Below, one piece after another: positions 1 to 8,058 of a DNA stretch of 40,845 nt (positions are counted from its first letter, which is position 1; the number at the start of each line of letters is the position of its first letter). The notes beneath the pieces were generated by a model that saw only the letters and a list, made by a program, of their open reading frames with translations, did not search any database and was not told where the DNA came from. The stretch spans positions 1 through 40,845 of the forward strand of contig CAZHRF010000030.1 in assembly GCA_964534625.1 (NCBI GenBank), in the 5' to 3' direction. Source of the DNA: an uncultured archaeon. Its GTDB lineage: Archaea; Asgardarchaeota; Heimdallarchaeia; Heimdallarchaeales; Heimdallarchaeaceae. The position numbers and the translations under genes were made by a program.

Positions 1-33
1 GTTACGTACCCAGTTGTACCCAAAAGAACTCAT
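1..33. repeat. Probable transposon/IS terminal inverted repeat at the window start
   Basis: GTACCCAAAAGAACTCAT (16-33) is the exact reverse complement of 40782-40799; the TACCCA sub-repeat at 7-12 is also mirrored at 40803-40808. Confidence 0.65.
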
Positions 34-119
34 AGTACTAACTATATACGTACCTCTAATCGACTAGCTTTCAATGTATTAACATTTTCAAGAGGCGTTT
101 CCGCTAATGGAAAGAGAGT

Positions 120-605
120 TTATTTTACAAATGTTTTTGAAAATGCCCATCTTGTTTTTACATAATTTAATAATTCGTAATATAAAGCATTATCAGAGGT
201 AGAGATTAATTCAAGATTATTATTCCGTGGTATATAAGTCACAACTATATAGTAATGATTCCCTTTATACTCAATTTCCACTAATGCAGTTATTCCCTCA
301 ATAATTTTGAGATCCCCCAAAATTTTCTGAATATAATGAAAGCTCTCTATTATTTCCAATAGATCACGATCTACTATCATTTGCAGAATTATCATCCCAT
401 CTTTATACTGGCCTACAGTAGATGCATCTATGAATACTTCCGCAAGTTCTTTTTTCTTCCTTTCTGGTATAAGATCTAATTCTATCTGTATAGTATGTAC
501 GTTCCCCAAGTGATTAATACGTTGTAATTGGGTAGCCAAATAGAATAAAGCGCCTTGAGATTCGCTCAACATAACACCTAAGTCAATAGTATTGTTTAGT
601 AACAT
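120..605 (-). CDS. Hypothetical protein
   Basis: 161 aa ORF in AT-rich DNA, divergent from the HTH gene; no motif recognised. Confidence 0.6.
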   Translation of the reverse strand: MLLNNTIDLGVMLSESQGALFYLATQLQRINHLGNVHTIQIELDLIPERKKKELAEVFIDASTVGQYKDGMIILQMIVDRDLLEIIESFHYIQKILGDLKIIEGITALVEIEYKGNHYYIVVTYIPRNNNLELISTSDNALYYELLNYVKTRWAFSKTFVK

Positions 606-748
606 ATTAGTTTTTCCGTTTTGATTATTATACTGAAAGTAAAAATAGTCCTTTGGCGGTTAAATGTCATTTATTACTTATTGCGGACAAATTTACGAGA
701 TGGCTTATATATGAACTTGTGAATCGTAATATGAAAAGGGGATATGAT

Positions 749-967
749 ATGTCAAAAAATGAACTTCCACTCTCAGGAAAAAAATTATTAGAAGTTTTAG
801 ATGAAAATGGACCTTTAACCCAAAAAGAATTGATTAAAGCATCAGACATACCAGCAAGAACAGCTAGATATGCTTTACGTAGATTGATTGAATTGGAGTT
901 AATAGCTAAAAGATGCAATCTTACAGATGCACGTTCTTTTTTCTATTTCAAGTTAGATGAAAACTAA
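749..967 (+). CDS. Small winged-HTH (MarR/ArsR-like) transcriptional regulator
   Basis: LPLSGKKLLEVLDENGPLTQKELIKASDIPARTARYALRRLIELELI is a typical archaeal wHTH; AGGGGA precedes ATG 749 (alternative start 731). Confidence 0.8.
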   Translation: MSKNELPLSGKKLLEVLDENGPLTQKELIKASDIPARTARYALRRLIELELIAKRCNLTDARSFFYFKLDEN

Positions 968-1004
968 CTTCTTTTTTTCTATTTCAAGTTAGATGAAAAC
1001 TAAC
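934..1004 (+). repeat. Tandem 35/36 bp duplication of the HTH gene 3' end
   Basis: TTC(T6)CTATTTCAAGTTAGATGAAAACTAAC at 934-968 is repeated with T7 at 969-1004. Confidence 0.9.
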
Positions 1005-1054
1005 TTCTTTTTGTAATAGATAGATTTATTTTGAATACAATCTATTATTCATAC

Positions 1055-1957
1055 ATGAATGATATTATCGATATAGCAATAATTGGAGCTGATATTGCGG
1101 GTTTAACAGCTTCAATTGCAGCTTATTTTTATAATCCAGACTTAAAAATAGAAATATTTGGTCATCCATATAATTCCACACTATCTAAAAAAGGCATTAT
1201 TGAAAATGTACCTGGTTCCCAATTTGAAGGAGTAAGGAAAATAGAAGAGGTTCTTAAACAATTAGAACAGTATGAAATCCCTGTTTTTCGGGAGGATATA
1301 CACAGTATAGACAAAATTAAAGAAGGATTTAAGTTAAATTTAGAAAATAAGATAAAAATTTCAAAAACGATAATTCTTGCTCTTGATTTATCTGAACAAA
1401 AATACACAATTGACGGTGAAGAGAAACTTGAATATAAAGGTGTATCTCATTGTGCAATCTGCGATGGAGCTCTTTATCGCGGTAAAAAAGTGGTTATAAT
1501 TGGGAATGACAATCATGCAGCAAAAGGAGCTTTATTCTTAAAGCAATATTGTAGAAAAGTCACCATTCTAGCAAAGGAAGAGTTAAAATGTGATAAATTA
1601 TATAATAAACGCATACAAGAATCACAAAATATTACTCTTGTTACTGGTGCTGATGTGCAAGCGATAGTAGGACAAATGAAAGTTGAAGAGATTAGATATA
1701 CTGTAAATGAAGAAGAAAAAACAATGAGAACTGATGGCGTATTCATTGAATTAAAAAAATACCCCGATTTAAGCCTATTGGATCCCCTTGGAATTAAATT
1801 TGATGATGAAGGATATATTGTCACAAATCACAAGAATCAATCTTCTATTGAAGGTATGTTTGTTGCTGGTGTCTTAAATAAAAGAGAGGATTATATTGTC
1901 ATTTTAGCTGGAGATGGTTATGTCGCAGGTTTTAATGCTGCTAAATACTTAGATTAA
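1055..1957 (+). CDS. trxB: Thioredoxin reductase-like oxidoreductase with degenerate cofactor motifs
   Basis: GVSHCAICDG redox motif, IENVPG, GYIVTN; the Rossmann motifs are altered (GADIAG, GNDNHA). Confidence 0.8.
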   Translation: MNDIIDIAIIGADIAGLTASIAAYFYNPDLKIEIFGHPYNSTLSKKGIIENVPGSQFEGVRKIEEVLKQLEQYEIPVFREDIHSIDKIKEGFKLNLENKIKISKTIILALDLSEQKYTIDGEEKLEYKGVSHCAICDGALYRGKKVVIIGNDNHAAKGALFLKQYCRKVTILAKEELKCDKLYNKRIQESQNITLVTGADVQAIVGQMKVEEIRYTVNEEEKTMRTDGVFIELKKYPDLSLLDPLGIKFDDEGYIVTNHKNQSSIEGMFVAGVLNKREDYIVILAGDGYVAGFNAAKYLD

Positions 1958-2009
1958 TGTCGTTTACTCCCAACATAAGGCTTAAAGCCTTTTATTCTTT
2001 TCTTTTTTT

Positions 2010-2663
2010 ATGAAATTTGCGTTTATTTTTGCACATCCTGATGATGAAAGTCTAAGTTCTGGGGGAACAATTGCAAAATATACATCCCAAGGTCATGAAG
2101 TAGCTACTGTCTGTTTGTCTTCCAGTCCAATAAGAAAAAGGGAATATTTTAACGCCACAAACATACTCGGTGTAAATGAACAAATTATTTATGATTTTAA
2201 TAAAGTAGAAAACAATGAGAGGCAGGTTAAAGAAAAACTGATAGAGTGTATTTTGTCTTTTAGACCCCAGATTATTGTGACACACCTTGAAAATGACTAT
2301 CATATTGATCATAGACTAACAAATGTCCTTGTAAAAGAAGCTATCGAATGGGCAGCCCATGAAACTCAACATAAAAATGCTCACCGCATAAATAAATTAT
2401 ATACAACTGAAACTACAATTTTAATTCCCAATCCCATGCTTATTGTAGATATTACCAACACATATCAGACTAAAGAAAAAGCTATTAAGTGCTATAAATC
2501 TCAACTTTACAAAGGAGGGCAAGATTTTTACATTCAGTTTCATAAATATAGAACGAAAATGAGAGGAACTCAGGGTTCCGTGCAATATGCTGAAGCATTT
2601 CAAGAAATACCTATTAAAAAAACATCACCTTTTTATAAACAAAAGAGTATAGAATTGTATTAA
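2010..2663 (+). CDS. PIG-L/LmbE family deacetylase, candidate BshB1-like GlcNAc-malate deacetylase
   Basis: AHPDDE, RKRE, HIDH, AIKCYKSQ and C-terminal YAEAF motifs; bshA and bshC are in the same window. Confidence 0.8.
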   Translation: MKFAFIFAHPDDESLSSGGTIAKYTSQGHEVATVCLSSSPIRKREYFNATNILGVNEQIIYDFNKVENNERQVKEKLIECILSFRPQIIVTHLENDYHIDHRLTNVLVKEAIEWAAHETQHKNAHRINKLYTTETTILIPNPMLIVDITNTYQTKEKAIKCYKSQLYKGGQDFYIQFHKYRTKMRGTQGSVQYAEAFQEIPIKKTSPFYKQKSIELY

Positions 2664-2688
2664 TGTTATATATGATAGTATGAAGCGA

Positions 2689-2785
2689 TGGCGAGCCTGC
2701 CAGGATTTGAACCTGGGACCTACTGCTTTCCACCAGTTTTGGCTATCCGCAGGCAGTTGTACTATCCAGACTATACTACAGGCTC
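2689..2785 (-). tRNA. tRNA-Arg(GCG) with 19-nt intron at 37/38 (2728-2746), encoded CCA
   Basis: Acceptor stem GAGCCTG/CAGGCTC, T-arm CCAGG-TTCAAAT-CCTGG, anticodon stem ACTGC/GCAGT; the intron forms a BHB (CUGC pairs with GUGG). Confidence 0.93.
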
Positions 2786-2886
2786 ATTTAATAAGTTCTA
2801 TGAAATGATAGTTCTTAGTAATCAGTTGAGATACCTTTTACTCCTCTTTATATTTTTCGATTTCAGCATTATTTTTCCTTTTTTAC

Positions 2887-3280
2887 TAGCCTATCTTCTT
2901 GAAAGCCCTGTCCTTGAGGGCGGGGATGAAAAGAAGAAAAACAATACAAGTTTAAGCATACAACCAGTTTGTAAGTATGACGTCTTTGTGTACGTGTTTT
3001 GGTGCCATCTCGAAAACCAAGAGTTATACGAGACAAAGAGAAAAAGATGGATGTAGAAGATAGGGTTACACATTAAACAACGATAATTGGTATACGTATC
3101 TAGCTAAGTAAGGGTATTGAGGACTTCCGATGTAGAGTCGGTACGTTGTGTATACTAGAACCATGTACTGTCGGGACGACAGTAACTATAGACGACGCTT
3201 GTGAACAAGAGGTAAGCCCTCATTTTGAGGCAACTTTGTTGAAGCAAGAAACCATCTGCCTTTAGGTATTGGTAGTTCAT
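2887..3280 (+). mobile_element. Non-autonomous internally deleted IS200/IS605 derivative retaining left end, omega-RNA-like region and right end
   Basis: Left end is nearly identical to 32993-33065 (TCTTCTTGAAA..GTCCTTGAGGGCGGGGATGAAAAGAAG); 20 bp internal identity 3005-3024 = 33567-33586; right end CAAGAAAC..GGTAGTTCAT as at 34365-34399. Confidence 0.85.
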
Positions 3281-3298
3281 CGACACAATCATGAACAG

Positions 3299-3307
3299 CT
3301 TTAAATT
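3299..3307 (+). promoter_or_regulatory. Probable TATA box of the RNase P RNA gene
   Basis: CTTTAAATT about 25-30 nt upstream of the predicted 5' end at 3330. Confidence 0.5.
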
Positions 3308-3329
3308 TCTTCTTTCATATCATTTTCTT

Positions 3330-3656
3330 GACGAAGCGAAAGTGCAACTACGGTCTTTTGACTGAGGAACTTCCTGACTCCGTTAATGCGATGTGGGTAC
3401 AAACCCACCATGTGAGAATATGGCTCTTGAAGCAGAAACGACACGTCCTATATTCAGATGACTATGATTCGATGAAAAGAATGGTGACATCTCTTGAGTT
3501 AATTTGATGAGGAGGATATAGGGAACGATGAAACGGTCAATCATCGCGGAGCAAGCTTAAATAGGGTCTTTTGACCGGGTTAAGCGCATAGGTGAATGTT
3601 GCAGGGAAGGTCCTTGACGGCTTCCTAACAGAATCAGGGGTACTCTTCGCATCGTC
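3330..3656 (+). ncRNA. rnpB: Archaeal RNase P RNA
   Basis: P1 GACGAAGCGAA/TTCGCATCGTC; GAGGAACTTCCTGA pairs with AACAGAATCAGGGGTA (P4 with bulged U); conserved GCAGAAAC, GATGAAACGG and GGAGCAAG; followed by a T-tract. Confidence 0.92.
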
Positions 3657-3666
3657 TTTTTTATTT
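3657..3666 (+). terminator. Oligo-T terminator after rnpB
   Basis: TTTTTTATTT immediately 3' of P1. Confidence 0.55.
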
Positions 3667-3816
3667 GGGTTATTCTTTCGTTTAATTAAGATAATATAAT
3701 ATAAATAATTGTTACTGATTTTCCAAATTTCTTTTTTCGTGTTTCAAATTCATCAATTTCATTAAAACCAGCATATTTATTAAAAATAGTTATATTAATA
3801 TATATACGAAACAAAA

Positions 3817-5574
3817 ATGGCTATAAAAAAATGGTTCGCGATGTATATTACAAAATCCCACTCTAGACAGTTTTTAATCTTTACATTTATAGTCATCACA
3901 AGTTTTCTTATTGTAACTTTTAGTATGACTTCCACTCAAACTGTTGGATATGAAGATGCGATTAGTCCCTTTTTTACTGAACAAAATGATGTGATTTTTG
4001 AGTTAAGTACTAATTCTTCTGATATTACTAGAGGAGAGGATGACTTGTTTCTTTTCTTTCGCTTTTCATATGAAAACGGATCATTTATTCATAATGCTAC
4101 AATAGAATACAATATTACTGATCCTATAGATGAAAGAGTTTATAACAGTTCTATGGCAGTTGAAACAGCAGATAATTTTCCTGTTAAAATTAATTGGATT
4201 AATTTTGTTGGATATCCAGAAGGAAACTATACAGTCTCAGCAAAAGCCAACAGCACAATGACACAAGCATACTTTGCTAATACATCATTTAGCTTATTCA
4301 TTTTACCATCCGGTCGTTTAAGGATGTATTTTCCAGACCATGAAACAAAACCAGTTATTTTAGACCGTAATGAAGAAAATAGCGTTGAATATCGTTTAAC
4401 GAATTATGGCGGATCTACAGTAACAAATGTAACAATTCTCCCAACTGTTGAAAAAAAGGGAACTGAAGGCTATGTGCAAATCATCATACCCCAACTTAAT
4501 ATATCATTAAAAGCAGGTAGTACTTTTATTGGTGAGATTAAACTTAAAAGTGAAACTTCCTTATATCAAAAACGAACATTTTTCCTATCGTATGCAAATA
4601 TAGATGATCCTGGGTTTAATGTATTAATTCAGAGTGATCCGTTGCAATTGATTTGTCAGCCAAGACTCAATATCTCCAGAGATATAAACTTTCCTCAGAA
4701 TATCACGATGGACGATATATATAGTGTCAATTTCAATATGGTTAATAATGAAGGTACAACTTTACGTATTACTTTCAATACAATAAGTAACCACATAAAT
4801 TTTACAGATTTTCATATTACGGGTGAATCTAGACCGGTTTCAATGGGATATAATCAGATAACATTGGAAGGAAAACCCATTCAAACAGGTGAAAATGTTC
4901 CAATCATAATTGAGATAAATATACAATGGAGGACAGTTGAAGGCAACTTTTGGTATTATCCTATATTCGATATTGTTAATACTGAGTTAGAAATTTTACC
5001 AATAGAAGAAACATTCAATATGTATAGTGATAACTTAATTGTTATTTTATTAATGTCTACGATGGTGTTTGGAATGGCTTACTTCTCTCGTGACATAATA
5101 GAAGCTATAACTAAGCAGAAAGATGGACAAGAAAAAACAATTATTGAGGAAACATATCCTCTTGATACAGTAGTTTTAGATGGTAGTAATATTGCATGGG
5201 AAGAAAAAGACAACAGTAACAAACCAAAGATTACAAATATTGAATTAATGATAAACAAACTGAGTAAGGCAAATTTTAAGAAAATCATTACAGTTGCGGA
5301 TGCTGCATTGAGATATCAGATTGATGATAGAAAGAGAATTGATCAACTAGTAAAAGAAGGAGCCATAAAAATGCTCCCTGCTAGAGTTGATGGGGATAAG
5401 TTTATTTTAAGAATAGCAGAAGAAGAAAATGCAATGATTGTGAGCAATGATTTATTTAAAGAATTTAGAGAGATAGCCCCGTGGATAGGAGAGAGAAGAA
5501 TACCATATACAATTTTAGATGAAGATGTGTATTTGCATCCAACTTCAGCTTCAACTGGATACGAAGAAGAATAA
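3817..5574 (+). CDS. Single-pass membrane protein: signal/anchor, Ig-like ectodomain, TM helix, C-terminal Zc3h12a/NYN-like PIN ribonuclease
   Basis: N-terminal hydrophobic helix; beta-rich region with about a dozen N-x-S/T sequons; TM LIVILLMSTMVFGMAYF; VVLDGSNIA...DGDKFILRIAEEENAMIVSNDLFKEF. Confidence 0.85.
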   Translation: MAIKKWFAMYITKSHSRQFLIFTFIVITSFLIVTFSMTSTQTVGYEDAISPFFTEQNDVIFELSTNSSDITRGEDDLFLFFRFSYENGSFIHNATIEYNITDPIDERVYNSSMAVETADNFPVKINWINFVGYPEGNYTVSAKANSTMTQAYFANTSFSLFILPSGRLRMYFPDHETKPVILDRNEENSVEYRLTNYGGSTVTNVTILPTVEKKGTEGYVQIIIPQLNISLKAGSTFIGEIKLKSETSLYQKRTFFLSYANIDDPGFNVLIQSDPLQLICQPRLNISRDINFPQNITMDDIYSVNFNMVNNEGTTLRITFNTISNHINFTDFHITGESRPVSMGYNQITLEGKPIQTGENVPIIIEINIQWRTVEGNFWYYPIFDIVNTELEILPIEETFNMYSDNLIVILLMSTMVFGMAYFSRDIIEAITKQKDGQEKTIIEETYPLDTVVLDGSNIAWEEKDNSNKPKITNIELMINKLSKANFKKIITVADAALRYQIDDRKRIDQLVKEGAIKMLPARVDGDKFILRIAEEENAMIVSNDLFKEFREIAPWIGERRIPYTILDEDVYLHPTSASTGYEEE

Positions 5575-5683
5575 CTTGTTAAATACAAATATTAAAAAAC
5601 ATTCTTTATTATCACTCATTTGAACAGTACCTTTGTCTATGATGTGATGGTTTATAAGAGATTAAGATATGAAATTATAAAAG

Positions 5684-6391
5684 GTGATACAAGTGATACA
5701 AGAAAATAATTTCCATGGAAGTATTAATTACACCAATACAAATGTAATTGAACATCTTCCAGAAGATTACTTCTATAAGAATGAATATGATTACTTGACT
5801 TTACCTGAAGTACAATTATTGCTTTTATTATCTGATACAAAAAAAGTTTATTCATTTTCAGGATTAAAAAAAAGTGCTGAGCTACACCAACATCGATTAA
5901 ACAAATCGATAAAAAGGCTAAAAGAACGAGATTTACTTAAAAAAAGAAAAGATGGAGACTATGAATTAACAGAAGATGGGAGTGTATATACTCATAATTT
6001 AATTAATACTTTGATAAAAAATGAAGCATTAAAATTATCACCTTCATCAGTAAAATCGACATATATTCGTTATACTCTACTTCCACCATTATCAAAAGAG
6101 AAAGTCGCTTCATTGTTTGAAAAAAGATGGTTTGGTAATTTTCGATATTTATATAAGAAAGAATCAGAAGAAAGGATCACTATCTGCTGGGAAAACGAAA
6201 GTAATGATCAACTCATTGCTCATATTGAAGAAAATGGTGAGATAATAGCAGAGTACAAAAGTAAAAAACCAGAAAACAACATAATGTTTCATCTTACAAA
6301 TTGGATGAAAAGAGAATTAGAAACTAGATATAAGGTAAAGATGGAACGACAAAAGAGAAAGAAATATAACGATCGAGAAGTATATAACTAG
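5684..6391 (+). CDS. Winged-HTH domain protein with unknown C-terminal domain
   Basis: YSFSGLKKSAELHQHRLNKSIKRLKERDLLKKRKDGDYELTEDG is a wHTH signature; the start is uncertain. Confidence 0.7.
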   Translation: MIQVIQENNFHGSINYTNTNVIEHLPEDYFYKNEYDYLTLPEVQLLLLLSDTKKVYSFSGLKKSAELHQHRLNKSIKRLKERDLLKKRKDGDYELTEDGSVYTHNLINTLIKNEALKLSPSSVKSTYIRYTLLPPLSKEKVASLFEKRWFGNFRYLYKKESEERITICWENESNDQLIAHIEENGEIIAEYKSKKPENNIMFHLTNWMKRELETRYKVKMERQKRKKYNDREVYN

Positions 6392-6489
6392 CTTTTATAT
6401 TTAAACTGCTTTTTTTTAGATAAAGTAACATCCAGTTGAATTTATTAATGTTATCTAATTTTATTGAATGAATTACCATATAAGAATTT

Positions 6490-6535
6490 ATGAACTACTC
6501 CAATCTAAAGGAGTGGTTTTTCTGGCTAGACATAG
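6490..6535 (-). mobile_element. 46 bp minimal IS200/IS605 element or footprint (left-end start, one hairpin, right end)
   Basis: Minus strand reads TTTTAC|CTATGTCTAGCCAGAAAAACCACTCCTTTAGATTGGAGTAGTTCAT; it has the same GTAGTTCAT end and TTTTAY flank as the two larger elements. Confidence 0.6.
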
Positions 6536-6634
6536 GTAAAAACTTAGTCATTATATATGAAAAGCTTTAATGTTACTTAGATAAGTTAAAATTTAGCTTA
6601 CAGTAAATAATAGTAAGTAAATGAGGTAAAAATA

Positions 6635-7297
6635 ATGAATGGTTTCAATCAAGCAGGAGCACCAAATACTTATTCTGATCCCAAGAAAGGTACTACTACT
6701 GTAGCGCTCAAATTCGACAAAGGCGTAGTAGTTGCGACCGATCGAAGGGCATCAATGGGTACTTTTGTTGCTTCTAAACATGCAAAAAAATTGCATAAGA
6801 TAAACGATAAAACTGTCGCTACAATTGCCGGATTAGTTGCTGACGCACAATATTTAGTTAATTTAGTCAGAGCTAATATCAATCTGTATGAGTTAAATAG
6901 GGGATACCACCCTTCAACTAAGATGATTGGCAATTTGTTAGCATCAATAATGTACGAACAATTCCGAGCATATTTCCCATACTTCACACATATGTTAATT
7001 TGTGGTTTAGATAAAGAAGGACCACACGCGTTTTTTATTGAATCTGCGGGTTCAATAAGTGATGAAGATTATGTGTCAACGGGATCTGGGTCTCTATTAG
7101 CATATGGCGTAATGGAAGCTCTATGGGAACCAGATATGGTAGAAGATGATGCCATTAATTTAGTAATCAAAGCCATTTCATCTTCAATTAAAAGAGACAC
7201 AGCAACCGGTAATGGTATAGATCTTTGTGTTGTTACCGAAGATGGAACAAAATTCTTGGAAGAATCCGAGATTAAGGAACGTGGAGGTGCAATCTAA
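6635..7297 (+). CDS. psmB: Proteasome beta subunit
   Basis: Propeptide ending KG|TTTV, DRRASMG, Lys33-equivalent, STGSGS, RDTATG. Confidence 0.96.
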   Translation: MNGFNQAGAPNTYSDPKKGTTTVALKFDKGVVVATDRRASMGTFVASKHAKKLHKINDKTVATIAGLVADAQYLVNLVRANINLYELNRGYHPSTKMIGNLLASIMYEQFRAYFPYFTHMLICGLDKEGPHAFFIESAGSISDEDYVSTGSGSLLAYGVMEALWEPDMVEDDAINLVIKAISSSIKRDTATGNGIDLCVVTEDGTKFLEESEIKERGGAI

Positions 7298-7298
7298 A

Positions 7299-7952
7299 AT
7301 GTTAGGACCACAATCAATGGGATATGATAGAGCAACAACAGTATACAGTCCTGAAGGTAGAATAATTCAAACAGAATACGCAAGAGAAAGTGTTCGAAGG
7401 GGAAGTATAGCAATAGGGATCAAAAGTAATAACGGAATAGTACTAGGTGGTCTACAAAGAGTTGTAGACCTTAATGAACCTGATGAGAAGGTACATAAGA
7501 TAGACGAAACAATATATGCTACCTTTGCTGGAGTAGCAGCTGATGGACGAATACTAATACAAAGAGCGAGACTAGAATCCCAGATATTTAGGCTAACCTA
7601 TCAAACTAGTATAGATGTAAAAGGATTAGCTATAAAGATCGGTGATTATTGTCAATTATTCACCCAACAAGGAGGACTAAGACCTTTTGGTGTAGGAATA
7701 TTGTTTGGTGGGGTAGATACCAATGGACCACAACTCCAGTATATTGACCCTGGCGGAGGAGTTGTTAATTGTAAAGCAAAAGCAATTGGAGAAGGGGATA
7801 GCAAGGCCATTGAACTAATAAAAGACAAATACAACGATGAGTTAACTATTAAAGAAATGAAAGAACTCATTAAAGAAGTTATCAAGAAAGTTGCTGGCGA
7901 AGAAGATATAGAAGACGTAAATATTGCTCTACAGGCAATCCCTGTAGAGTAA
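7299..7952 (+). CDS. psmA: Proteasome alpha subunit
   Basis: GYDRATTVYSPEGRIIQTEYA, RPFGVGILFGG, KAIGEG; ATG lies 1 nt after the psmB stop. Confidence 0.95.
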   Translation: MLGPQSMGYDRATTVYSPEGRIIQTEYARESVRRGSIAIGIKSNNGIVLGGLQRVVDLNEPDEKVHKIDETIYATFAGVAADGRILIQRARLESQIFRLTYQTSIDVKGLAIKIGDYCQLFTQQGGLRPFGVGILFGGVDTNGPQLQYIDPGGGVVNCKAKAIGEGDSKAIELIKDKYNDELTIKEMKELIKEVIKKVAGEEDIEDVNIALQAIPVE

Positions 7953-8058
7953 ACCCCTCTTCTTTAATTTTTAATAAATATTCTAAAACTAAAGTCATCT
8001 ATTATTTCTATTTACTAAGAAAGACAGCTTTTTTTATTAATTTCTTTTTTCTTATTTG

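Noticed and set aside
934-1012. Possible mini CRISPR array (36 bp repeats)
   Set aside because: The copies are directly adjacent with no spacer and derive from a coding 3' end; no cas genes are present
2688-3073. ORFs 2688..3056 (+) and 2891..3073 (-)
   Set aside because: Spurious: antisense to tRNA-Arg and running across the IS left end. Their similarity to 32805..33050 reflects the shared IS end, not a protein family
3351-3578. Repeated GGTCTTTTGAC motif
   Set aside because: Both copies are internal hairpins of the RNase P RNA, not an independent repeat family
7227-7298. N-terminal extension of PsmA in the ORF track
   Set aside because: It overlaps psmB; ATG 7299 has an SD and gives the canonical N-terminus
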